NCBI GenBank assembly: GCA_040222015.1
Contig: JAVJWO010000052.1
Location: 1-64,000 of the forward strand
Origin: Coleofasciculus chthonoplastes F2-STO-03
Lineage (GTDB): Bacteria > Cyanobacteriota > Cyanobacteriia > Cyanobacteriales > Coleofasciculaceae
Direction: 5' to 3'
Length of the DNA stretch: 64,000 nt
Under the pieces are notes generated by a model, which worked only from the letters and a program-made list of their open reading frames with translations, had not been told where the DNA came from and ran no database searches. Both the position numbers and the translations under genes were made by a program. Positions 1 through 11,291 of this stretch are shown here, piece by piece; the first letter of the stretch is position 1, and each line of letters starts with the position of its first letter.

Positions 1-163
1 TTGAACAGACCCTAACTAATTGCAAGCAATCTAGTTAGGGATTCTCCCCTGCTGTTACCACGAAGAGCCGCTGTTCTCGGTGAATACCAGGAACTTCTGC
101 CTTGGCATTCCTCCTCGCCATTTCTGCTAAGGAGTTAAGACTAAAAAAGCCTTATGAACGCAC
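1..163 (-). mobile_element. Probable 5' end (domain I) of a group II intron, running off the left edge
   Basis: Minus strand begins GTGCGTTCATAAGGCTTTTTTAGTCTTAACT, the canonical GUGYG 5' end. It continues with paired stems (CTCTTCGTGGTAACAGCAGGGG; CCCTAACTA...TAGTTAGGG) resembling cyanobacterial group II intron domain I. No intron-encoded protein is visible in the window. Confidence 0.5.
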
Positions 164-369
164 TAAGATTTTTACCCAGTAGATGCGTTATTGTAACAAA
201 TAGTCTCTACTGGAACCCTATAATCTTAAGTTTTCTAGGTTCTACCTGTAGGTCGTGCCGAACAAATAAATGCCGCCGTACCCGTTAGTATTATAGCAAA
301 ATTATTAATGTTTTGCTAACCCCATCTAAATCTTGTGATTTTAGATGGGGACTGCGCTCAACCGTTGTT

Positions 370-459
370 CAATGGTGGAACTGGGATATTGAGAAGATTA
401 CCCGTAATCTGAACGCCATTTGTGGTTCAGATATACAGGCGTTACGGGAAGCTGTATAA
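370..459 (+). pseudogene. C-terminal fragment of a Vat/CatB-type hexapeptide acetyltransferase
   Basis: Translates QWWNWDIEKITRNLNAICGSDIQALREAV*; WWNWD.EKI is the typical family C-terminus. No upstream coding sequence. Confidence 0.55.
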
Positions 460-587
460 CTGGGTGCTAGTGAAGTGCGATCGCGTGTAATATTCCCGAA
501 GCGCAAGGGTTAGAGAATTGTTTGAGTGTACTGGAAGAGGGGTGGCATTATCGTCATGCCCAGATTGTGCGATCACGACTAACCCAG

Positions 588-1016
588 TCAAGGTATCTTT
601 TGAAACCCCATACCCACCTGAAGAAAATGAGCATCGCCCGTTAGCACCATGTCAATCCCCAATTCTTTCATCACAACCATTGAAGTCAAGTCGGTGAAAG
701 AAATCTGGGGTTTATCAAGAAACTTGAGCCGTAGGGCTTGTGCCGCCGTAAAGCGCTCTGCTGTAATTTGAACAAGATTAAATCTTTCGTTCAAGAAGAT
801 ATCTGTCAACACTTCCATCGAACGTTTCGCTTGAGTGGCAGGTAGACGCTTAAAAAACAGAGTAAAGGTTTCATCGAATACATAATCTGTGGTGTAAATA
901 ACACCATTTTTATTCTGAAAATTCATATAAAAATTCACAACCTCTTGATGTTGATTTTCTCCTTTATTATGGAGAGTCAACCAGCCCCAAGTATCGATGA
1001 ACAGCTTAGGTTTCAT
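588..1016 (-). CDS. vapC: PIN-domain (VapC-type) toxin
   Basis: FIDT, YVFDE, SFTDLTS and LTGDAHF PIN motifs; overlaps the upstream antitoxin. Confidence 0.85.
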   Translation of the reverse strand: MKPKLFIDTWGWLTLHNKGENQHQEVVNFYMNFQNKNGVIYTTDYVFDETFTLFFKRLPATQAKRSMEVLTDIFLNERFNLVQITAERFTAAQALRLKFLDKPQISFTDLTSMVVMKELGIDMVLTGDAHFLQVGMGFQKIP

Positions 1017-1269
1017 AAATTTCGATATCTATAGCTTTAGCTAAACCACTGTAAGAAACTGCTCCAATAAATTCTGACATCGGATCGGAAGTAGAAGCCG
1101 ATGTTTCTTTTTTATTATTAGGCTCTACGTCGCTTTGTTCGGGGGAAGTATACTGATTTTGACAGTAGAGTAAAAACCCAACAAATTGCAAGACATCTTG
1201 GAGTCGATCTTCGGGGAGTGATTCAATCTCCCTCAATAACTGTTGTTTTAGGCTAACAAGGGGTGTCAT
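1006..1269 (-). CDS. DUF2281-like antitoxin
   Basis: LLREIESLPEDRLQDVLQFVGFL motif; immediately upstream of the PIN gene. Confidence 0.7.
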   Translation of the reverse strand: MTPLVSLKQQLLREIESLPEDRLQDVLQFVGFLLYCQNQYTSPEQSDVEPNNKKETSASTSDPMSEFIGAVSYSGLAKAIDIEIYET

Positions 1270-1472
1270 AGTGTTTCCCGTATTTACTACAATTCACATC
1301 CTTCTCTACCCATTGTATATTCATCTTCTCCATTTGGCTCAAATCCCGATATTCGGTTGACAAAGTAGTGGTGAAGACAGCGCCGACTCCGCAGGGGGAG
1401 ACGATGTTAAAGCAGTATCTGCCAAAGACTACTACTATAGAAACAACGAGTTAAACACTAACAAGAAATGCC

Positions 1473-1778
1473 GTGATGCACCGCATTTATGAAGGAACAT
1501 ACGCGCCAGTTCGGATTACCTGGTTTAATGATCGGATCGAGATTCAAAATCCTGGTGGTCCTTTTGGTCAAGTAACTAAGCAAAACTTTGGTCAGCCCGG
1601 TGTAACCGATTACCGCAATCCTCATTTAGCCGAAGCGATGAAGAACTTAGGTTATGTGCAGCGATTTGGAGTCGGAATTCAATTAGCACGCAAAGAACTG
1701 CAAAAAAACGGCAATCCACCTTTAGAATTCGTTGTCGAAGACGCCCATCTGTTAGTCACACTTAAGAAAAAACCATGA
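1473..1778 (+). pseudogene. 5'-truncated HATPase_c_4 (RecG C-terminal-like) protein of the AlbA_2/HATPase family
   Basis: HR.YE...DRIEIQNPGG...YRNPHLAEAM..LGYVQRFGVGI motifs; only 101 aa, N-terminal part missing. Confidence 0.65.
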
Positions 1779-2839
1779 ACACAACTATTATTGCGTTTTT
1801 CAACAACAAAGGCGGTGTGGGTAAAACGTCATTAGTTTATCACTTAGCCTGGATGTATAAAGATATGGGGTTGCGAGTTGTTGCTGCCGATCTTGATCCT
1901 CAAGTGAATCTGACGGCTGCTTTTCTAGATGAGGAGCGATTAGAAGAACTTTGGTTAGGTAAGGATGCTCATACCGTTTTTGATTGTATACAGCCGCTTT
2001 TAAAAGGAACGGGTGATATTGATAATCCCTATCTTGAATTTATTGAAGAAGGCGAGTTATCACCTTCTGGAGGAAACTTAGCTCTTTTAGTGGGCGATTT
2101 AGATCTGTCTGGTTTTGAGGATGATCTTTCAGGACAGTGGTCAAATTGTTTAGGTGGAGGGGGTAAAGAACGAGCGTTTCGGGTTATGTCTGCCTTCTGG
2201 AGAATTATGCAAAAAGCCGCTTTAGCTCATAACGCTGATGTTATATTACTGGATCTTGGTCCTAATTTGGGAGCAATTAATCGGGCGGCGCTAATTTCAG
2301 CCGACTATGTAGTTGTTCCTCTTTCACCGGATTTATTTTCGTTGCAAGGGTTACGGAATCTGGGTCCAACCTTACGGACATGGCGCGAAGAATGGCACGA
2401 GAGACTAACTAAAACAAGTTCTCCAGGAAAGAAGGGTTTAGCCACAGATTTACAGCTTCCTCAAGGCAAAATGCAGCCGATTGGATACGTTGTTTTGCAA
2501 CATTCAGCCCGATTAGATCGTCCAGTGAAGGCGTACAACCGTTGGATTGCGAGTATTCCAACGGTTTATCATGAAGATGTATTAGATCAGCCGCTGACTG
2601 ATAATATTTCTGTAGCTGATGATCGGCATTGTTTAGCCTTACTGAAAAACTATCAGAGTTTGATGCCCATGGCTCAGGAAGCCCGTAAGCCTATCTTTCA
2701 CCTCAAACCGGCTGACGGGGCGATTGGCGCTCATACTTATGCGGTGAGGAATGTCTACCGAGAGTTTGAAAAATTGGCTCGCGCGATCGCACAACGAACA
2801 GGAGTAAAACAGTTGTCAACACCCACCGCGCCTTTATAG
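1775..2839 (+). CDS. ParA/Soj-family ATPase (AAA_31)
   Basis: NNKGGVGKT deviant Walker A, DLDPQ.NLT, ILLDLGPNLG; ATGA overlap with the upstream ORF. Confidence 0.85.
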   Translation: MNTTIIAFFNNKGGVGKTSLVYHLAWMYKDMGLRVVAADLDPQVNLTAAFLDEERLEELWLGKDAHTVFDCIQPLLKGTGDIDNPYLEFIEEGELSPSGGNLALLVGDLDLSGFEDDLSGQWSNCLGGGGKERAFRVMSAFWRIMQKAALAHNADVILLDLGPNLGAINRAALISADYVVVPLSPDLFSLQGLRNLGPTLRTWREEWHERLTKTSSPGKKGLATDLQLPQGKMQPIGYVVLQHSARLDRPVKAYNRWIASIPTVYHEDVLDQPLTDNISVADDRHCLALLKNYQSLMPMAQEARKPIFHLKPADGAIGAHTYAVRNVYREFEKLARAIAQRTGVKQLSTPTAPL

Positions 2840-2892
2840 TGGCATAGCGTACCGAATTGGATGGATTATATTGTCGGGGCGCAATTAAATCA

Positions 2893-2955
2893 GGGCGGGT
2901 TTTGTTGAGGAGTTATTAGTAACAAGCTAGTTTGAGTTCCTAAACCCGCCCCTAC
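2893..2955. repeat. GGGCGGGTTT...AAACCCGCCC palindromic dispersed repeat (also ~25204-25263, 40448-40510, 55031-55094, 58398-58457)
   Basis: Inverted termini; the copies at 25204 and 58398 are nearly identical. Confidence 0.75.
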
Positions 2956-3024
2956 AATTAAATCTCTTGTAGAGACAATTCATGAATTGCCCCTACAAAT
3001 AGCGCCTAAACCGCCAAGAAAACC

Positions 3025-6000
3025 TTACTCATAATCAAGTTTTGGATCAACCTTAAACGTCCCCACAGACGCCTGCAACTCTCGCGCCACTTCCACCGTT
3101 CTTCGCAGCGAATTTGACACTTTCGTCGAAGAATCCGAGGTTTGCGCTGAAACCATGGCAATCTCATACATCAAACTACTCACCGCTTGCGCTGTTTGAG
3201 TCTGAGACACCGTAGCCGTAGAAATTAACTGCACCAATTGGTCAATCTGATAAGATACCTCTAACATTTGACCCAAACTATTCTTAGCATCATCTACTAA
3301 CTGGGTTCCTTCAACCACCTGCTTGGTACTTTGTTCCATCGCCTCAACCACCATCGCCGTTTCCCGTTGAATACTCTCAACAATCTCTTCAATTTCTTGA
3401 GTCGCCGCTGCCGATTTTGCCGCCAATTCTCCCACTTCTTCGGCAACAACGGCAAAGCCTTGACCCTCTTCACCAGCCCGTGCTGCCTCAATCCCAGCAT
3501 TAATAGCAAGTAAGTTGGTTTGTAGGGCAATTTTCTCAATGATAGACACCACCTTAGCAATCTGTTGCGACGACTCACCCAAGCGCTTCACCTTTTTCGC
3601 CGTCTCCCCAATCGTACTCCGCAGATTTAAGATATTCTCTACCGTTAAATCCATCGCCGCTTGACCCATTTGGGCGGTATTGGATGCCGTACCCGCAACA
3701 ACCGCCGCTTGGCGAGCATTCTCTGCGACTTCTTCAATCGACTGGGTCATTTGTTCGACAGAATTTAAAATCTGAGTTGTTTCTTCTGCCTGTTTCAGTG
3801 CCGCTTCTGCCAGTTGCTGAATCGCTTTCTCGTCTTCCCCAACCGCCATATTCACCTGAAGCGCTGACTCTTGTACCCGCGTGACAATCTGCCGCAAGTT
3901 CTCCACAATTGAGTTAAAAAAGTCAGCAACGGTGCCAATTTCACCAATATTTACCTCTGCCCGTACTGTTAAGTCCCCTCTGGCTGCTCCTTCTACATCA
4001 TTGAGCAGTTCAACTAATTGCATTTGAATGGCTTCTTTTTGTTGACGTTGCTCCTCTGCCAGACTTTCGGCTTTTTGACGGGATTGTTCAATTTGGGCTA
4101 AGAAATCTAAACGGTCTAAGGCTGAACCGAGTTGAATCGCCACCTGTTTAAAGAAGGTCATTTCTGACTCTTGCCACACCCGGGTACTGGAACATTGATG
4201 GGTAACTAACAAGCCGTGAAGATCACCATACGCCAAAATCGGTGCGACTAAATTGGCTTTGACTTTAAAGGGTTCGAGTTGACCTAAGTAACACTGGCTC
4301 AAACCCGCCTTTTGAATGTCTTCAATCGCCTTGACCCGACCTTTCTTATATTTCTCCACATATTGATCGGCAAAACAGGGGTCAGCAATATTCGCGCCCA
4401 AGGCTTTGGGAAAGCCTTCCGCCACCGATTCAGCCAAGATCGTGCCTTTCCAGTTTTCGTCAAATAGATAAACGATCGCGCGATCGGTTTTCATGGTTTG
4501 GCGAACGCCTGTAATCGCGGCATGATAAATTTCGTCCACGGTCACGGATTCCCGAATACTGGATGTAATTTCATTCAGTTGTTGCGCCCGTTCGGTTTCC
4601 GCTTCTTTTTCGACTAAGAAGTTCACCCGGTCTAAGGACAAACCGACTTGAATGGCTAATTTCTTGAGAAATTCAATTTCTGACGGTTGCCAATTATGGG
4701 GCGCATTACAGTGATGGGCAATCAGTAAGCCAAATAACTGCTCATCTTTGAGAATGGGGGTGACCAAATTGGCTTTCACTTGTAACCGTTCCATTAACTG
4801 GAGGTGATCCGGGTGAAATCCCGCTTCAAAAACATTATTGGTGGGTACGACTCGTCCTTGTTTGTAAGCTTCGATCAGAGCATCCCCAATACAAGGGTCT
4901 TCAATTTTATCCCCCAAGGCACGAGTCCAAGCGGGAGCGACGGCTTCATTGGAGATGTATCCCCGCCAGTCGGGTTGGAACCGATAAATTACCACCCGAT
5001 CAACGTCCAGAATTTGTAACGCTCCTTGAACAGCCGTCTGGAAGACTTCCTCTAAGTCTTGTTCAGTCCGAGCGCGGGAAATAGCGATGTTGGCAAATAA
5101 TTCTGCCTGTTGAGTTTCTGCCGATTGCTGATAGAGTAATCCCTTAACACTGGTGACCAGATTATTAAACGCTTGTGACAAGAGGCGGGTTTCTGTCGGA
5201 CCGACGGGTTCAGCGTGAACATTGAGATCCCCTGCAATCATTTGTTCAGCCGTGCCCACCAATTGTTTTAAGGGCATTGCTAAGCGACGGGCTAAAAATA
5301 ACAGGATTGCTGCGATCGCACCGCCTAAGAGCAGAAACGCTAAGGAAAAGGTCAGCGCGGCTTGAGATCCAGTGCTGCGGAGGTCACTCAGTTCCATGGA
5401 AACCGCAATCACCCAGTTGGTTTTGGGAACGGTAACCAGAAGATAACGGCGACCCGCGTATTCAAAGTTAGCGCTTTTTTGAGGATCACCAACCTGAGAG
5501 GGGACTGACTCTAGGGTTAAATCCTTGAGTGGCAAATTACTCGCTACTGATTCCGCCTGAGGATTCTGAGACTGTAGGCTATCGAGCAACATTTTGGCAC
5601 CTTGCGCGATCGCATCACCCCCCACAACCGTCTGTTGACCTTCTCCATCCTGAATCCCGACGTTATGAATGACAGTGACATTACCCTCTTGGGTCAGGGC
5701 TAAAAGTTGTACGATTTGAGAATTAACTAAGTGTAAATCTGAGAGCAAATTATTCAGCACATTACCGAACGCTGTGGCGGGTAAGACCCCTTTGACCACA
5801 CCCAGAAATTCACCTGAGTTCGGATCAGTAATCGCTTGGCTCAGTTCAATTCCAAAGGTATTTGCCGATTGATCAAACGTCGGTTCGATTAACCGACCCT
5901 CACCTGTTTTCGTTGCTTGCCACCATTGTTCATCCCGTTGCACAAAGTCCGAGGTCGGGCGACTATATGCGACGTTAAACCCGTGTTTATCGGTAAAAAA

Positions 6001-6609
6001 TAACTCCGAAAATTCGCTAATTTCTGCTGTTTTTTGAAGATAACTATTCAGAGATGGATTGGGTTGGACAATTTTATTTGTGGCGAAGGTTTGTTCAAGC
6101 TGCTCAATCGGAATTATCGGCAGTCCTTCAGCTTGAGCCACTGTTGCCGTATTCTTAGCCGCATTAATGACTAACGGATTATGCGCCACAATTGCGGGGA
6201 TTTTTTCGGCTTCGGCTAACAACTCAGTGACCAGATCACTGGTTAATAATGCTTCATTTTGTAATAACTGCTCAGTTTGTTCTTGGCTGCGTCCCGAAAT
6301 AATTCCAGATGTCACCAATCCCGCTAATCCCAAGGGAACCAGTACAGCCGGCAAAATGGTTTGTAATAACTGAATCCGCAGGGGAGTACTGTTCTGGGAT
6401 AATAACCGATTGTAGCTCCCTGGAAGAGTACGCCCCAGGAAAGAATGCTGTTTATTGACCTCTGGAGGAGTCATTCCTGGGGGGGGAACGGATTCGAGAG
6501 GGAGTTGGCTGTTAGGATAATTCGTTGCACTATTTTGATACCCTCTATTCAAAGTGTCTTCATGGGATTGAGAGTTATAAGTGTTAAGTGGATCAAATTT
6601 AGTAGCCAT
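3025..6609 (-). CDS. pixJ: PixJ-like methyl-accepting phototaxis protein (TM-Cache-TM-HAMP-2xGAF-MCP signal)
   Basis: Two GAF repeats (DRVVIYRF...[13 protein letters not shown]...ADPCF...QCY) and MCP motif [33 protein letters not shown]. Confidence 0.85.
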   Translation of the reverse strand: MATKFDPLNTYNSQSHEDTLNRGYQNSATNYPNSQLPLESVPPPGMTPPEVNKQHSFLGRTLPGSYNRLLSQNSTPLRIQLLQTILPAVLVPLGLAGLVTSGIISGRSQEQTEQLLQNEALLTSDLVTELLAEAEKIPAIVAHNPLVINAAKNTATVAQAEGLPIIPIEQLEQTFATNKIVQPNPSLNSYLQKTAEISEFSELFFTDKHGFNVAYSRPTSDFVQRDEQWWQATKTGEGRLIEPTFDQSANTFGIELSQAITDPNSGEFLGVVKGVLPATAFGNVLNNLLSDLHLVNSQIVQLLALTQEGNVTVIHNVGIQDGEGQQTVVGGDAIAQGAKMLLDSLQSQNPQAESVASNLPLKDLTLESVPSQVGDPQKSANFEYAGRRYLLVTVPKTNWVIAVSMELSDLRSTGSQAALTFSLAFLLLGGAIAAILLFLARRLAMPLKQLVGTAEQMIAGDLNVHAEPVGPTETRLLSQAFNNLVTSVKGLLYQQSAETQQAELFANIAISRARTEQDLEEVFQTAVQGALQILDVDRVVIYRFQPDWRGYISNEAVAPAWTRALGDKIEDPCIGDALIEAYKQGRVVPTNNVFEAGFHPDHLQLMERLQVKANLVTPILKDEQLFGLLIAHHCNAPHNWQPSEIEFLKKLAIQVGLSLDRVNFLVEKEAETERAQQLNEITSSIRESVTVDEIYHAAITGVRQTMKTDRAIVYLFDENWKGTILAESVAEGFPKALGANIADPCFADQYVEKYKKGRVKAIEDIQKAGLSQCYLGQLEPFKVKANLVAPILAYGDLHGLLVTHQCSSTRVWQESEMTFFKQVAIQLGSALDRLDFLAQIEQSRQKAESLAEEQRQQKEAIQMQLVELLNDVEGAARGDLTVRAEVNIGEIGTVADFFNSIVENLRQIVTRVQESALQVNMAVGEDEKAIQQLAEAALKQAEETTQILNSVEQMTQSIEEVAENARQAAVVAGTASNTAQMGQAAMDLTVENILNLRSTIGETAKKVKRLGESSQQIAKVVSIIEKIALQTNLLAINAGIEAARAGEEGQGFAVVAEEVGELAAKSAAATQEIEEIVESIQRETAMVVEAMEQSTKQVVEGTQLVDDAKNSLGQMLEVSYQIDQLVQLISTATVSQTQTAQAVSSLMYEIAMVSAQTSDSSTKVSNSLRRTVEVARELQASVGTFKVDPKLDYE

Positions 6610-6837
6610 GAAATGATGTCCTTGAAATGAGAGTCTTTTGAGAGAACTAAATCTAAATCTAAAATTTACAATTCAAAACGGTATCAGAGGACTTCTGGTG
6701 TTACAAAACACGACAGACACTTATCCTCCCAAGGCGTCCAAAAAGATAGCCACACTTGTTGGTGAATCCTAATTCACCAATGACATAAGACGTAGCTTAT
6801 TTCTCGCTTCCTTGAATATGAAAATGACGATATTGGA

Positions 6838-7152
6838 TTAAAGCACTCGTCTACACGCCACACTAGCCGCCTTGACACCCCCACCAGAGGCAATTAAAGC
6901 ACCTATGGGACCGCCAACTGCTTCCCCGGCGATCGCCATTTCAATCGCCACCGTCAACGTACAAACATCTAAATCCGCTTCTGATGCAGGTTGCGCTTCT
7001 GGATGGTTGTCTTTCCAGGCTTGGGCTAAAGGAACGGCAAGTTCTGCTAATTGATTTTCGAGGTCAAATTGCTGTACTTCTTCAGAAGATACAAGTTCAG
7101 AGGTTGAGGGATTGAGATTATGTAATTGCTTGTCGGATTTGAATGAACTCAT
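6838..7152 (-). CDS. Hypothetical protein
   Basis: ORF; start placed at MSSFK; glycine-rich C-terminal helix. Confidence 0.5.
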   Translation of the reverse strand: MSSFKSDKQLHNLNPSTSELVSSEEVQQFDLENQLAELAVPLAQAWKDNHPEAQPASEADLDVCTLTVAIEMAIAGEAVGGPIGALIASGGGVKAASVACRRVL

Positions 7153-7575
7153 AGTGCTAGTACCTAAAAAACACCACATTCAGGAATAGTGGGATTGAAG
7201 CGAAAACGATAGATTTACCCTGGTGGTGTCCAACCTTGAGGAGAACAGAAGCAACAAAGGCGAGCGATCGCAGACCCTAGGCTTTCATTCCCAGATACGG
7301 TTGAATTTGTAAGACAGTCGTATAACTTGTAATACACTTTTCTCATCATAGGGCAATGACACCAACATCAGCAACAAAGTCTTGGAGGTTTTATCGAGTC
7401 TTCATAAACTGGGGGGCGGAGATACTCCGGGTGTGAACCAACAGGGGATATAAGGGAAACAAGGTGGGGGAGTTAACTCAAAACTCTCTCACAAGCCCCT
7501 TCGGGGCGGGTGTGGGGTGTGGGGTGTGGGGTGTAGGGGAGGAGACTAGCCCCTACACCCTGGGCGAAGCGCACG

Positions 7576-7896
7576 TCACTCAAACAGAACCGTCACCTCA
7601 CTGGATTGGGTAAAGTAAGTCCAAATCGCGATCGCTAAATCATTCTCATATTCCAGCTTTTCAATACCCTGACAATTCTGGCAATCCCCTATACATGATG
7701 ACGCTTGACCATCTAATGCCCCCTCAGGAATTGCCAAACAAATGTTAACAACAGGGATCTCGTGTCCCTCACCCAATCCGTTATAGGTGCTGAACGTCAC
7801 TGCTGCAACATAGTCCATATTGATGATCAAATCGGCGAGTCGGATGAATGCCAAGATAAACTCCTCGCACAAATAATTCAATAACTGTTTTGTCAA
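7576..7896 (-). CDS. Hypothetical protein (start uncertain)
   Basis: 106-aa ORF with protein-like composition. Confidence 0.4.
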   Translation of the reverse strand: MTKQLLNYLCEEFILAFIRLADLIINMDYVAAVTFSTYNGLGEGHEIPVVNICLAIPEGALDGQASSCIGDCQNCQGIEKLEYENDLAIAIWTYFTQSSEVTVLFE

Positions 7897-8243
7897 AAAA
7901 ACCTACATAAAAAGGTTAAGTCATACACCCAATTGGTGTAGTCAAGGTTGAACTCTTCAATTTGGTGTCGTAGATGCACTTACCGACAACGGAATAGATC
8001 AGAGAGCTTTCCCTAGCTTGAGTTTTTCTCAAAGGTCGGGTTTCTTTTCTATGCCATTGCGATGACCCTGAAAACGTACTTAACCGTAAGATAGCGTAAA
8101 ACACGTAATACACCAATAGCATGATAGTCAATCTGCACACGGATCAGCAATAGGCTGATCACAAACATTGGGTGATTAGGGACTGGGGGACTGGAAAAAT
8201 TCTCCTCCGCACCTCTGGAACAGGCTTCCCCATCTTCCCTCAC

Positions 8244-9116
8244 TCATCCTTTAAAAAAATCTAGCAACGCCTTGGCTGTTTGTTGCGGCGCTTCCTCTGG
8301 GAGAAAATGACCGCAGTCTAACGCCTGACCCCGAACATCGATCGCGCGATCGCGCCAGGTTTGCAGGACATCATAGCGGCGTTGCATTAAGCCTTTTGCT
8401 CCCCATAACACCAACAGAGGACATTGAATCTTCTGGTCAATATCCGCCTCATCGTGGTCTAGATCAATGGAGGCGGCGGCGCGATAATCCTCACAGGTAG
8501 CGTGAATCACATCAGGTTGACTGAAGCAGCGAATATATTCCGCCATCGCCGCTTCGGTAAACCCCGCCTGTGTCGCACTCCATTGGTGCATCTTGGCTTT
8601 CAGGTAAAATTCTGGGTTTGCACCAATCAGTCGTTCGGGAAAATCATAGGGCTGGATCAGAAAAAACCAATGTTCGTAAGCCGTGGCTAACTCTTTATCC
8701 ACCGTTTGGAAAATCGTGCGGGTGGGTACAATGTCCAAAACCCCTGCCTTATCCACCCGGTTAGGATGGTCAAGCAGCAGGCGATGCAACACCCGTCCGC
8801 CGCGATCGTGTCCGGCGGCGAAAAAGTGCTTAAAACCCAGAATATCCATCATCTCCACTTGGTCTTGGGCAGTTACCCGTTTAGAATAGGTCAGATGGGC
8901 TGGATCAGAGTTGGGTTTATCGCTGTCACCATAGCCACGCAAATCTGCACAAATGACCGTGAAGTGCTGCGCCAGAACGGGCGCAACCTGATGCCACATT
9001 ACATAAGTTTGCGGATAACCATGAAGTAGTAACAGAGGATATCCTGCGCCACCCATCACCAGATTAATCGTGGCGTCTGAGGTGGTAATCCGATGCTGGG
9101 TAAATTGCTCAAACAT
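8244..9116 (-). CDS. Alpha/beta hydrolase, haloacetate dehalogenase-like
   Basis: LLLHGYPQT, DLRGYGDS, GHDRGGRV nucleophile elbow, CGHFLPEE; start set at MFEQF. Confidence 0.88.
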   Translation of the reverse strand: MFEQFTQHRITTSDATINLVMGGAGYPLLLLHGYPQTYVMWHQVAPVLAQHFTVICADLRGYGDSDKPNSDPAHLTYSKRVTAQDQVEMMDILGFKHFFAAGHDRGGRVLHRLLLDHPNRVDKAGVLDIVPTRTIFQTVDKELATAYEHWFFLIQPYDFPERLIGANPEFYLKAKMHQWSATQAGFTEAAMAEYIRCFSQPDVIHATCEDYRAAASIDLDHDEADIDQKIQCPLLVLWGAKGLMQRRYDVLQTWRDRAIDVRGQALDCGHFLPEEAPQQTAKALLDFFKG

Positions 9117-9585
9117 ACGTGCTAACAGGGAATAAGTACAGGACTTACGCAAAGCCTCTATTCGTAGGGTGTGTTAGCGTAGCGTAACGCACCTTTGCTA
9201 CTACATATGGGGTCGCTGCGTAAGTCCTAAAGTAGACAGATCTTAACCAAATACGTTAGTTTATACTCAGATAGAGTATCTTGCTGTTACTCAGATGGTG
9301 CATAGGGTGAAATTCCTTCCCAGCAGCAGATACAGGCATTTCCGATTATTTATCCGTTCTTTGATCGCGATCGCGCCGTTGAGTCAATTCAGAACATTTA
9401 CGTTTCAAGGCAAGCATCTACTCTTCTAGTGCATCGGTTCCATCTTTGAATCAGATGCTAATTCTTTTGACAAAGAAAAAGAATACTAGCCGTGACCTGA
9501 AACTCTCGTGTTATGACGTAGATCGGGAAGCCGCTTGTACCAGGTCACACATTTCTATTTATAAAAAATAATTTCATTATTACGA

Positions 9586-10731
9586 ATGAACTTAACCCGT
9601 CTAATTCAAGAGTTAAACGACTATAGTAAACATGGAAACGGAGAACTAATTCTAAAAAACTCTCAGGCATTTTGGACATTGTACTTGGTTCGGGGTCAAT
9701 TACTTTATCCGAAGAGTAAACATCATCCCGTGAGACGCTGGAACCGGGCAATCAATCAGCATCGGTCGAATTGGCACTGGAGGACTGATTACTCCCAGTT
9801 TTCCAACAATCCTAGTTGGGAATGTCAGCTCATCGATCGCGGATTGAGCCAAAAACAACTTAGCCTAATTCAAGCCAAGTTAATCATTCGCAGTTTAGTT
9901 CAAGAATGTTTATTTGAACTCACGCCTTACACGGATTTGAACAGAGACTGGAAACCCACCCAAACAGCGATATCGACATTTTGCAAAGTTGTTGCCTTAT
10001 CCAGCAACGAAATACAAACGATTCTGGGTACAGCCGAACAAATGCAGCAACAATGGCAAGCGGCTGGGTTGAGTCACCTTCACCCGACTCTAGCTCCTAT
10101 TTTACAAGAGGGAGCAGACATATCCGAATTGCCGATCGCAGACAAGCATCTCAATGGACAATTCACCTTGTGGGATATTGCAGTTGAGCGAAATCAATCC
10201 ATCATTGAAGTTACTCAGTCTTTGATGGATTGGACTAAACAAGGGATAGTCAAATTTAAAGACATTCCTGATTTGACCTTACCAATCAGCAACGATAATC
10301 TGGGGAATGCTCCGATAGTTGCTGAGAAAAAGCCACCTGAAATTAAGCAAAATCAACTCAAAACAAAAACGCCTTTAATTGCCTGCATTGATGACAGTCC
10401 GGTGTTAACGCTCACGTTACGAAAAATTCTAATTCCGAATGGCTATCAAGTATTGAGTATTCCCGAACCGATGCGAGGGTTCTCTCAACTGATTGAACAT
10501 AAGCCAGATGTAATTTTGCTTGACCTCCTTTTACCGAATGCTGATGGCTATAGCATTTGTAAGTTTCTGCGAGAAACTCCTGTGTTTAAAAAGACACCGA
10601 TTATTATATTGACGGCTAAAAATACGTCAATTGACCGGACTCGCGCTCAACTTGTGGGTGCAACCGGATTTTTAGCGAAACCGCCTCAAGCTCAAGAATT
10701 GCTGGATATGGTGCAGCAACATTTGGGATAA
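9586..10731 (+). CDS. PatA-family response regulator (PATAN + receiver)
   Basis: N-terminal GELIL...WTLYLVRGQLLY PATAN region; C-terminal receiver CIDDS...LLDLLLP...KP. Confidence 0.85.
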   Translation: MNLTRLIQELNDYSKHGNGELILKNSQAFWTLYLVRGQLLYPKSKHHPVRRWNRAINQHRSNWHWRTDYSQFSNNPSWECQLIDRGLSQKQLSLIQAKLIIRSLVQECLFELTPYTDLNRDWKPTQTAISTFCKVVALSSNEIQTILGTAEQMQQQWQAAGLSHLHPTLAPILQEGADISELPIADKHLNGQFTLWDIAVERNQSIIEVTQSLMDWTKQGIVKFKDIPDLTLPISNDNLGNAPIVAEKKPPEIKQNQLKTKTPLIACIDDSPVLTLTLRKILIPNGYQVLSIPEPMRGFSQLIEHKPDVILLDLLLPNADGYSICKFLRETPVFKKTPIIILTAKNTSIDRTRAQLVGATGFLAKPPQAQELLDMVQQHLG

Positions 10732-10782
10732 GGCAGCAAGAAAGCAGGAGGCAGATGCTAACTGTAGGGGCACGGCACTGCC

Positions 10783-11091
10783 CATTGGTGTCAACTTAAG
10801 CTCAACCCCTCTCCCCCAGCCCCTCTCCCACGCCGGGGAGAGGGGATGGGGGTGAGGGCAGTTCCCCTTCTCCCGTGCAACGAAAGCGAAGCACCCTCTG
10901 TCCTCCCCCCTGCAACAAACGCGAAGCATCCTCTGTCCTCCCCCCTCTTGTTGGGGGCAACGTGGGGGGCAGGGGGGAACGAGGGGGGTCCGGTGTTGGG
11001 GTTAGGGGATGAGGGGGAAATGTCGAGGAGTAAATAGACACAGCTTAAAACCTTGCCAGCATTGATTTTCTACCTTAAGTTGACACCAATG
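10783..11091. mobile_element. MITE with 18-bp TIR CATTGGTGTCAACTTAAG, inserted in a REP-like palindrome
   Basis: Perfect terminal inverted repeats; shorter inverted relative at 30624-30763. Confidence 0.75.
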
Positions 11092-11291
11092 GGCACAGAA
11101 GAGCCCCTACAATATGTGGCGTTTGTGCGTAAGCTCTGTAAAAGCGCGATCGCACACCCAAATTTTCTGGCATCCTAGAGATGATTAAGAGTCCCTTAGA
11201 ACAGCTTCATGTCCCTTTCCTACTTCACTAATCCAGAAATCCCGCCAGCATCTCAACCCAAAGACGTTGATTGGTGTAGAGGTTTTGCAGC

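Noticed and set aside
40..120. 6S RNA or riboswitch
   Set aside because: No complementary closing arm or riboswitch consensus found; a group II intron 5' end fits better
10672..11041. Short ORFs at 10672-11041 and 30709-30939
   Set aside because: They lie within MITE sequence; low-complexity translations
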